Below, piece by piece: positions 9,340-16,420 of a stretch of DNA of 27,366 nt. Numbering within the stretch: position 1 is the first letter of the stretch; each line of letters begins with the position of its first letter. The notes beneath the pieces were generated by a model. That model was not told the DNA's origin, searched no databases, and saw only the letters and a list, made by a program, of their open reading frames with translations. The stretch covers positions 1 to 27,366 of the IMG/VR virus record IMGVR_UViG_3300010362_000088, one strand, 5' to 3'. The position numbers and the translations under genes were made by a program. The stretch is from a virus (taxonomy: Duplodnaviria; Caudoviricetes).

Positions 9340-10176
9340 TTGTCGATGGATCAATCTCCCGGTGAGGGAGTAGAGGGAGCAAGCGATCCCGTCGAAGCTG
9401 GCGGGGACATCGCGGAAGCTGCCGAGCAACCTGAAGGTGGCGAACCAGAGCCGCCACGTCAGTACGTCGAAGTCGACGACCCGGACAACCGGTACGACCG
9501 AGTCAAGGTCGATGGTGAAGACGTCGAGGTCTCCTACTCGGAGCTCAAGCGGGGCTACAGCCGGGAGGCTGACTACACCCGCAAGTCCCAGGAGACCGCC
9601 CGCCTGAGGGACGAAGCGAAGTACGGGATTGACCTCCAGCGTGCGCTGGAAGCCAACCCCGCGATGACGCTGCAGATCCTCGCCCAGCGCTACGGCATCG
9701 GCCAGCAGCCTGCTCCCTCACCGGAGCCGGAGCCGGACTACGCCGACCCGCTGGAGCGAGCCTTGGCTGAGGAGCGCAATGCGCGCCTGCGGCTCGAGGA
9801 GCGGATGTCCCAACGGGAAGCTGACGACGCGCTCAGCCAGGCCATCGGAGGGTTGCGGGGGTCGTATCAAGCTACGGATGACGACATCCGCGATGTGGTG
9901 AACATGGCCTACCAGCACGGGCTGGGGGTCAACGCCTTCCCGATGATCTACGAGTCGATGGCCTTCCAGAAGATCAACGCCCGAGTCCAGGCCCTGCAGG
10001 CCCAGGAACAAGCGAAGCAAGCCGAAGACGCCCGACGGACGGCAGCCAAGGCCTCCGCCTCCCAGATCATCTCGAGCGGCGCCAGCGCGAATGGTCTCAC
10101 CAATGTGGTCGACCCCGGTGGACACATGACCATCCGCGAGGCCATCGAGGCGGCACTCCTGCAGCACGAAGGCTGA
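9340..10176 (+). CDS. Capsid scaffolding protein
   Basis: Acidic N-terminus, VKVDGEDVEVSYSELKRGYSREADYTRKSQE motif and coiled-coil character. Lies between portal and capsid; AGGAGG RBS (TTG 9340 or ATG 9346). Confidence 0.85.
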   Translation: MSMDQSPGEGVEGASDPVEAGGDIAEAAEQPEGGEPEPPRQYVEVDDPDNRYDRVKVDGEDVEVSYSELKRGYSREADYTRKSQETARLRDEAKYGIDLQRALEANPAMTLQILAQRYGIGQQPAPSPEPEPDYADPLERALAEERNARLRLEERMSQREADDALSQAIGGLRGSYQATDDDIRDVVNMAYQHGLGVNAFPMIYESMAFQKINARVQALQAQEQAKQAEDARRTAAKASASQIISSGASANGLTNVVDPGGHMTIREAIEAALLQHEG

Positions 10177-10198
10177 GCGCGTTCCGAAAGGGATCAAC

Positions 10199-11302
10199 GT
10201 GGCGCTCGCCAGTCATACCCCAGCTACCTGGGACACGATTCTGTCGACGACGATGCACAACTATCGCAAGTCGCTGACGGACAACATCTTCAACTCCCGT
10301 CCGCTGCTCGAGTACTTGATGAGCAACGGGCGGGTCCGCACGCTCGATGGCGGCATCTCCATCGTCGAGCCCCTGCTGCTCGGTCCGGGCGAGGCGAACT
10401 CGTACGGCCCGTGGCAGCAGATCCAGGTCAACGCGGTGGCGGGGATCTCCGCTGCCCAGTTCGCCTGGCGTCAGCTCTACGCGACGATCATCATCAGCGG
10501 TCTCGAAGAGGCCCAGAACAATGGCAAGGAGCAGATGATCAGCCTGCTCGAGGCCAAGGTGATGCAGGCCGAGGAGACACTCAAGAACGTGCTGTCGGCC
10601 ATGATCTACGGCACCCGCGGTGGCGCCGCCCTGCCGACTGACTTCACCCCGTTCACCACGCTGATCGACGCCACGGCGGCAGCCGGTGGCATCACCCCGG
10701 CGGCGGCTCCGGCTCCGGAGAACCAGTGGCGTTCCCCGACTTGGGACGCCACCGCCAACACCGGTACCGATGCTGTCGGTGGGGCCATCACCATGCCGGG
10801 TACCGCGCTGACGTCACCGTATGACGGCGGCGAGGTGGAGCGGGTGCTGCGTCACATGTACATGCTGGCCAGCGATGGTGGCTCTGAGCACGTCGACGCC
10901 ATCTTCGCCGGGCGGGGATGGTTCGAGGCCTACGAGGCCAGCCTGACGCCGCAGGTCCGCTACACCGACACGACCAAGGCCAACCTCGGGTTCCAGAACC
11001 TGATGTTCAAGAACGTGCCGATCTACTGGGATCCGGACTGCGCCGATGGCACCGCTCTCGGGCTCAACTCGAAGTACGTCGGGCTGACCCTGCACTCGGA
11101 CCGCAACTTCACGCAGTCGCCGTTCACGTCGAACCTCTCGGGCTCGACGGCCTCGACCCCCAACGCCAACCCTGGCTCCTCGGCTGCTGCTCCGGCCGCC
11201 AACGCCATCGACGCTCGGGTCAGCTTCATCACCACCTACGGAAACACGACAACTCGGAATAGGCGTAGGAATTTCAAGATCACCGGCGCGACCTTCTCAT
11301 AG
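10199..11302 (+). CDS. Major capsid protein (HK97 fold inferred)
   Basis: 367 aa after the scaffold. LTDNIFNSRPLL, GG..IVEPL, LGFQNLMFKNVPIYWD and GNTTTRNRR match the pattern I recognise for podovirus-type capsid proteins. Confidence 0.9.
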   Translation: MALASHTPATWDTILSTTMHNYRKSLTDNIFNSRPLLEYLMSNGRVRTLDGGISIVEPLLLGPGEANSYGPWQQIQVNAVAGISAAQFAWRQLYATIIISGLEEAQNNGKEQMISLLEAKVMQAEETLKNVLSAMIYGTRGGAALPTDFTPFTTLIDATAAAGGITPAAAPAPENQWRSPTWDATANTGTDAVGGAITMPGTALTSPYDGGEVERVLRHMYMLASDGGSEHVDAIFAGRGWFEAYEASLTPQVRYTDTTKANLGFQNLMFKNVPIYWDPDCADGTALGLNSKYVGLTLHSDRNFTQSPFTSNLSGSTASTPNANPGSSAAAPAANAIDARVSFITTYGNTTTRNRRRNFKITGATFS

Positions 11303-11320
11303 CATTATGACGATGAATCG

Positions 11321-11335
11321 TGCTACAGTCAAGGG
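11321..11335 (+). promoter_or_regulatory. Extended -10 leaderless promoter of HNH2
   Basis: TGcTACAGT, 6 nt, then ATG 11336; no convincing Shine-Dalgarno. Confidence 0.6.
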
Positions 11336-11803
11336 ATGCCACGACCAAACCTGCCCCTGGAGTACTTCGAGGCCCATGTCATGGAGCCGAGCGATGGATG
11401 CCGAATCTGGCCGTACACCCTGGCGAAGGGCTACGGCCAGCTCATGTACCGCGGCAGGCTCACCAGGCTCAATGGCCTGGTCTGCGAGCGCTGGCACGGT
11501 CCTCGTCCGGCGGGGATGCTGGCGGCTCATAGCTGCGGCAACTCGTCATGCTGGGCGGGCGAGCACTTGCGCTGGGCGACGCACACCGAGAACATGCGTG
11601 ACAAGTGGGTTGACGGAACCGCGGCGTCCGGCGAGCGCAACGGTAATTCGACCCTCACCGAGGATGACGTGAAGAAGATCCGTGCGAGCTACGTCCCCGG
11701 ACGTGGCAACACTTCACTTGGTGTCCTCGCTGACAAGTACGGCGTCAGTACGACGTGTATCCACATGATCGTCAAGGGCCATACCTGGAAGCACGTCAGC
11801 TAG
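11336..11803 (+). CDS. HNH endonuclease 2 with C-terminal HTH
   Basis: GCRIWPY...GYGQL...AHSCGNSSCWAGEHLRWATHTEN, then LTEDDVKKIR...LADKYGVSTTCIHMIVKGHTWKH. Confidence 0.88.
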   Translation: MPRPNLPLEYFEAHVMEPSDGCRIWPYTLAKGYGQLMYRGRLTRLNGLVCERWHGPRPAGMLAAHSCGNSSCWAGEHLRWATHTENMRDKWVDGTAASGERNGNSTLTEDDVKKIRASYVPGRGNTSLGVLADKYGVSTTCIHMIVKGHTWKHVS

Positions 11804-11805
11804 GT

Positions 11806-11823
11806 CTATTCCCCAGGGAATAG
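11806..11823. promoter_or_regulatory. 18-bp palindrome, copy 2 (CTATTCC ccag GGAATAG)
   Basis: Intergenic, overlapping the purine-rich tract (AGGAGG) upstream of the 98-aa gene. Confidence 0.65.
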
Positions 11824-11840
11824 GAGGAAGGAAGGGCGCC

Positions 11841-12137
11841 GTGGGGACTGAGCGTTTCACCCCGGTCCACGTTGCCAATCGAGGCGACGGGGGCGACATC
11901 CAGCGAGTTGACCAAGCTTGGGGCGACCCGGTGACGGGGCGAGCACGGATCAACAGTCCTGGCGCGAGCGAGACGATCAAGCCTGCTGGCTTGTTCTCCA
12001 CGGCGCCCTACCGACCACCGGAGCCGAAGAAGAAGAACTACGGGTGCCTGGGCAAGGACGGCGCCTGCCAGGCTCGCCCGGTCATTGGCACTGACTACTG
12101 CATCTTCCATACGCCGGGCAGGGGGCTGAAGGGCTGA
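11841..12137 (+). CDS. Hypothetical protein with C-terminal Cys3His motif
   Basis: GTG start after a purine-rich RBS; CLGKDGACQARPVIGTDYCIFH; TGATG-coupled to the next gene. Confidence 0.7.
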   Translation: MGTERFTPVHVANRGDGGDIQRVDQAWGDPVTGRARINSPGASETIKPAGLFSTAPYRPPEPKKKNYGCLGKDGACQARPVIGTDYCIFHTPGRGLKG

Positions 12138-12829
12138 TGGACGTCCTCGATCTCAAGACGTTCATCCGCAACCACCTCGAGATGGATGACGAGGAGTTGC
12201 CCGACGCCTTGTTGGACCCGTACCTCCAAGAAGCGTTCGACCGCACGATGGCGGCCGACAATCGTTGGCCCCGCTACGAGAAGACGTGGACCGTGTCGAA
12301 GGTCCCGACCTCTTCGACGATCTCGCTACCAGCCGATCTCAATGTCCCATCAATCATGTCGGTGCTGTCGCTCGCGGACGGATATCGGCTGGTAGCGATC
12401 AACCACGAGAATGCCGAGGACCTCTTCGCCCCGACCACCATGATCGGCACCGGGTCCCCGATCTATTACTCGGTGTGGGGCGGGCAGATGTACCTGTGGC
12501 CCAACTTGGACCCCAGCATCTCGGCTGACTTCCAGCTCCGGGCCTACCGCCAGCCGGTGTGGAGCAACGGGGCCTCGGATATCCCCGACCTCGATGCCCG
12601 CCTGCACATGACGCTGTGCTGGTTCGCCATCTCGCTGACCTACGCCCAGCAGGAAGACGACGTGCTGGAGGGGGTCTACCTGGCGCGCTGGGATCGCGAC
12701 CTGCGCCAGCAGCTCAAGATGATCATGGAGCCGGTGCGCCATCGGCCCCTCGTCCTGCATGGTGGTGCGCCGATCGGCGGCGTTGCTCCGTGGGTCATCA
12801 ACCCACCACCGCCGGGCTGGGACGGCTAG
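12137..12829 (+). CDS. Head-tail adaptor / tail tubular protein A-like
   Basis: 230 aa after the capsid; helical N-terminus, ISLPADL, GSPIYYSVWGGQMYLWP pattern typical of podovirus adaptor proteins. Confidence 0.7.
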   Translation: MDVLDLKTFIRNHLEMDDEELPDALLDPYLQEAFDRTMAADNRWPRYEKTWTVSKVPTSSTISLPADLNVPSIMSVLSLADGYRLVAINHENAEDLFAPTTMIGTGSPIYYSVWGGQMYLWPNLDPSISADFQLRAYRQPVWSNGASDIPDLDARLHMTLCWFAISLTYAQQEDDVLEGVYLARWDRDLRQQLKMIMEPVRHRPLVLHGGAPIGGVAPWVINPPPPGWDG

Positions 12830-13296
12830 ATGTGGGTCCAGTTGCGTCGCTTGATGATGTTGTGGATCGTCTGGACCGTGACGTCGTACTCCTTGGCGAG
12901 CGCGGTCTTGGTGATGTCCTCGTCCTCGAAACGACGTCGGATCGTCAGCACGTCGCTATCGGAGAGTTTGGCCATCGGGTGGCGAGCTCCGACATGGGCG
13001 GTGCCATGGGCGATCTTGTCGGCTTCGTTCTCGGCGGGTGTGGCCCACCTCAGGTGTTCGCCTGCCCAGCAGGAGGCGTTGCCGCATGAGTGGGCGACCT
13101 GGTGTCGAACCGAGGGGGCGAGACCATGCCAGGCCTCGCAGGTCAGGATCGAGGCACGGACGGTGACGCCGTTCAGGCGTAGTGCCGCGTACCCGTTGAG
13201 TGTTGGGTACGGCCAGGTCCGGCAGCCCTCGGAGGGCTCCATGACGTGGCGGATGAAGTACAGGAAGTGTTCTGGGCGTGGTCCTCGATTCCCCAT
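12826..13296 (-). CDS. HNH endonuclease 3 (antisense, paralogue of HNH2), 156 aa
   Basis: Last 156 aa of track ORF 12826..15006: HVMEPSEGCRTWPY...AHSCGNASCWAGEHLRWATPAEN...LAKEYDVTVQTIHNIIKRRNWTH. Confidence 0.88.
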   Translation of the reverse strand: MGNRGPRPEHFLYFIRHVMEPSEGCRTWPYPTLNGYAALRLNGVTVRASILTCEAWHGLAPSVRHQVAHSCGNASCWAGEHLRWATPAENEADKIAHGTAHVGARHPMAKLSDSDVLTIRRRFEDEDITKTALAKEYDVTVQTIHNIIKRRNWTHI

Positions 13297-13333
13297 GGAG
13301 TTCAAGCTAGCATGGTGAATAGGCTCGAGCCAA
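13297..13333 (-). promoter_or_regulatory. Leaderless promoter of HNH3, partly inside the tail gene
   Basis: Minus strand reads TTGGCT (13333-13328), 18 bp, TAGCTT (13309-13304) with an extended TG, then 7 nt and ATG 13296. Confidence 0.55.
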
Positions 13334-15063
13334 TAAATATAACGAGTTTCGTGGGTGGGCTGAATCTTCGTCGCTCGCAGTTCCAGTTGGCGGACGACGA
13401 GTCGCCGGACCTGCTCAACGTCGACATCGATCCTCGCGGTGGCTTCTTCACCCGCAAGGGCTGGCGCCGCTGGAACCAGGACGACATCGTTGACACCAGC
13501 CTCGAGCAGTGGCGGCCGGTCTCGACCTTCGTGCTCAACCAGGGCAACGGTGAGCAGAACGTCTTCGTGGTCAACAACCACAAGGTCTACGTGGCGAGCG
13601 GCGACGCTGTTTTCAGTCAGCTCGGGACTATTAACTGCACGGCGGTCAACCACCAGGCCGACTTCGCAGCCTGGGGTGACGACGTCTACGTGGCGCCGGG
13701 CATGGACAACATCCCGGTGCGGGTGTCGCCCACCTTCGCCATCACCCCGTTGGCCCAGACCTACTCCGAGGTCGACGCCCCGGTCTATGGCTGCTTCCCC
13801 CGCTGCGGCATGGTCGAGACCCACGGGTCCTACATGTTCGCGGCGCGCATCTGGGATGACGGGGACTACCACTGGTCGCGGCTGCGCTGGTCGCATCCGC
13901 TGCAGCCCGATGCCTGGCGGGCTGACGACTTCATCGACATCGAGGCTGGCGGCGGACGGGTCACGGCGATCCTGTCGTTCCAGGACCACCTGCTGATCTT
14001 CAAGACCAACTCGCTGTGGGCCCTCTACGGCTACGACGAGAACTCGTGGCAGTTGGTCAAGGTCTCGAGCTCGGTCGGCCTGCCCGGTCCGATGGGCGTG
14101 ACCCGCAGCGAGAAGGCGTGCTACTTCTTCTCGGCCTCCGATCGCAACGGGATGTACGGCTACAACGGCGACCAGCCGGTCTACATTTCCGAGGCCCTGC
14201 GTCCGGCGTTCGAGGAGATCACCGGCTACGAGCAGGTGTTCGTGTCGTGGGCCGGGCGGCGGTTGTGGGTCAGCGTGCCGTGGGTCCACAACGTCGGGGC
14301 CACCACCGACATCTCGTCGGTATTCGTGATGGACCCCGACGTGGGCCAGGGCGGAGCGTGGACGATGTACCGCTCCAACTACGGCTGTCCCGGCCCGATC
14401 CTCGATGGCTCCGACGTCCAGGCTCGTTTCCCGCTCAGTGCCTTCTGGTCGACCCAGACCGCGGCAATGGTCACCCTCGACGCCCTCGACATCGGCTACG
14501 ACATCTTGGACAAGGACTTCGTGCTGGCCGCCACGCCGCCCGCCGATGGCTCCAACGAGCTGGTGACGGGGACCGGCGACAGCATCCTGGTCTCCGCCGC
14601 TGGAGGGGTTGGTCGACCGTTCGATGCCTACTACCGCACCCGCTGGCTGCACGCCGGATGGCCGGAGCGCAAGAAGTCGTGGCGCCGTCCGACGTTCATC
14701 TGCCGCCAGGTTCCACGTGACACTGACCTGCTGATCGAGACCTACCGCGATTACAACGAGACCCAGGTCGCCCGCACCCGCACCCTGCACTTGCGGGCCG
14801 TCGGTTCGTCGTACTGGACCGAGGGTGGCTTCGCTGATCACGACCAGGGTGGCTTCGACTGGACCGAGGGTGGCAAGCAGGATCCATCCGGGCGGGGGGC
14901 TGACTGGGGCGAGACGCAAGCCGGGGCCACCCTGCAGCGAGCGGGCTCGATGGGCCTGGCCAAGGCGGTGCAGATGCGCGTGCGGTTGGCTCCGAGCACG
15001 CCGCAACGACGCTGGGGCGTCGACGGGATCGTCGCCAAGATCGTGATGCGGAGGTTCCGGTGA
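13312..15063 (+). CDS. Tail nozzle / tail tubular protein B-like (P22 gp10 / T7 gp12 analogue)
   Basis: N-terminal FVGGLN...ESPDLLNVDIDPRGGFFTRKGW and beta-propeller-like repeats (SRLRWS, VTAILSFQDHLLIFKTNSLWAL). Start moved to ATG 13312 (GGAG at 13297). Confidence 0.75.
   Translation: MVNRLEPINITSFVGGLNLRRSQFQLADDESPDLLNVDIDPRGGFFTRKGWRRWNQDDIVDTSLEQWRPVSTFVLNQGNGEQNVFVVNNHKVYVASGDAVFSQLGTINCTAVNHQADFAAWGDDVYVAPGMDNIPVRVSPTFAITPLAQTYSEVDAPVYGCFPRCGMVETHGSYMFAARIWDDGDYHWSRLRWSHPLQPDAWRADDFIDIEAGGGRVTAILSFQDHLLIFKTNSLWALYGYDENSWQLVKVSSSVGLPGPMGVTRSEKACYFFSASDRNGMYGYNGDQPVYISEALRPAFEEITGYEQVFVSWAGRRLWVSVPWVHNVGATTDISSVFVMDPDVGQGGAWTMYRSNYGCPGPILDGSDVQARFPLSAFWSTQTAAMVTLDALDIGYDILDKDFVLAATPPADGSNELVTGTGDSILVSAAGGVGRPFDAYYRTRWLHAGWPERKKSWRRPTFICRQVPRDTDLLIETYRDYNETQVARTRTLHLRAVGSSYWTEGGFADHDQGGFDWTEGGKQDPSGRGADWGETQAGATLQRAGSMGLAKAVQMRVRLAPSTPQRRWGVDGIVAKIVMRRFR
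14813..14874 (+). repeat. 17-bp direct repeat ACTGGACCGAGGGTGGC (two copies)
   Basis: Copies at 14813-14829 and 14858-14874, encoding WTEGG twice, with a partial QGGF copy between. Confidence 0.8.
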
Positions 15064-15965
15064 CCAAACTCAACTACGCCTACGACCTGGCCAACTTGCA
15101 ACCGGCCGATGCCAACCCGGTCGAGGCCAACTTCTCCAAGACCGAGCAGCACATCAACCAAGAGCTGATCGAGCGCGATGGCACGGTGGCCATGCGCCAA
15201 CAGCTCAAGCTGGCTGGCGACCCGGTCTCGCCTCTCGACGCTGCCCCCAAGCAGTACGTCGACTTGGTGCTGCCGATCGGGATCATCTTGCCCTTCGGCG
15301 CCAACGTGGTGCCGGTCGGGGGCAAGTGGCTGCTGTGTGACGGCGCCGAATACCAGACCGCCGATTACCCCGATCTGTTCGCGGTCATCGGCACCAACTT
15401 CGTGACGGGGACGCCGTCGACCGGTCACTTCAACGTGCCCCAGATGATGGACAGCCGCTTCATGATGGGCTCGAGCTCGGTCGGATCCAGGGGCGGTGTG
15501 GCTGACGCCCCGGTCCCTGCCCACACCCACCCGATTGACCACGACCATCCTGTTGTCGTGTCCGGCACCGAGGCGGGATGGCACCAGCACGCTGGCGTCG
15601 ACCACCTCCACCGGGTGGACATCTGGACGGGCGGTCAGAACGCCGATCACCAGCACCTCATGCGTGGCACCACCGACCTGTCTCAGCCCGGCGGGTACGG
15701 CGAGGCCAACATCGCTGACTGGAGCATCACTCCGTTCGGCGGCATCGCCTGGACTGGGGGTACGGGCAGCGATCACGCCCACGCAGTGAACGGTTGGACC
15801 GGAGCTGCTGATCGTTCCTTGACGACCGGCAGCCAGAACGCCTTCCACACTCACGGCGTCGACCTCCCTGCCTTCAGCGGGGCCAGCGGGTCAACCGGTG
15901 TCGATGCCACCAACGCCAACCTGCCGCCCTACCTCGGGGTGGCCTTCATCATCAGGGCCCACTAG
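15060..15965 (+). CDS. Tail fibre with tail-collar domain and HxH repeats
   Basis: PIGIILPFG...WLLCDGAEYQTADYPDLFAVIG...FNVP (collar domain), seven HxH motifs and terminal NLPPYLGVAFII. Confidence 0.85.
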   Translation: MTKLNYAYDLANLQPADANPVEANFSKTEQHINQELIERDGTVAMRQQLKLAGDPVSPLDAAPKQYVDLVLPIGIILPFGANVVPVGGKWLLCDGAEYQTADYPDLFAVIGTNFVTGTPSTGHFNVPQMMDSRFMMGSSSVGSRGGVADAPVPAHTHPIDHDHPVVVSGTEAGWHQHAGVDHLHRVDIWTGGQNADHQHLMRGTTDLSQPGGYGEANIADWSITPFGGIAWTGGTGSDHAHAVNGWTGAADRSLTTGSQNAFHTHGVDLPAFSGASGSTGVDATNANLPPYLGVAFIIRAH

Positions 15966-15967
15966 CC

Positions 15968-16420
15968 ATGGCTGCCGACGTCGCCGGGTACAACACCCAA
16001 CAAGCCGATCTCCAGTACCGCTACAACACCGACCGGGCGACCAACGCCTACGGCCGGTTCCTCTCCCAGCAGCGGGGACAGCGGACGGTGGACGATCTGA
16101 CGACGTCGTTCAATCGCCAACTCCCGGACTACCGAGCCAGCTTCGGGCAGCGGGGGATGGCGGGCTCGGGGATCAACTCGGGCGTGATGCGTCGGTCGAT
16201 GGCTAGCTACCTCGGTGACTACGTGCGCGACTACGGGCGGGCCCAGCAGGACGCCACCCAGGAGACGCAGAACTATGACCTGCAGGCGGCGCAGCTCGAT
16301 GCCTACTTGAACAACTCGATGGCTGCGCTCGAGCAGTCCAAGCAGAACGACATCGCCAACGCGGCGATGGCGATCGAGGCGCTGAGGCCCTACCTCGGTG
16401 CGCTGGGAGGTTCCATCTAA
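15968..16420 (+). CDS. Putative internal virion (ejection) protein, 150 aa
   Basis: Q/A/Y-rich and helical, with QRGMAGSG motif; first of four ejection-type genes. Confidence 0.6.
   Translation: MAADVAGYNTQQADLQYRYNTDRATNAYGRFLSQQRGQRTVDDLTTSFNRQLPDYRASFGQRGMAGSGINSGVMRRSMASYLGDYVRDYGRAQQDATQETQNYDLQAAQLDAYLNNSMAALEQSKQNDIANAAMAIEALRPYLGALGGSI

Noticed and set aside
11281-11340. Capsid read-through or frameshift extension (T7 10B-like)
   Set aside because: No slippery sequence seen at the capsid end, and HNH2 has its own apparent promoter.
11303-11840. HNH2 or HNH3 as intron- or intein-encoded
   Set aside because: Flanking genes appear complete with their own stops and starts, and there is too little non-coding sequence for a group I intron core.
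12830-13318. 162-aa plus-strand ORF filling the adaptor/nozzle gap
   Set aside because: Antisense of HNH3; no RBS or motif support.
14813-14874. 17-bp repeats as a mini CRISPR array
   Set aside because: Two copies only, in frame within a coding region; explained by a WTEGG peptide duplication.
12826-15006. 726-aa minus-strand ORF as one large HNH fusion
   Set aside because: Only the last 156 codons are HNH-like and they have their own promoter and ATG; the rest is the antisense shadow of the tail gene.
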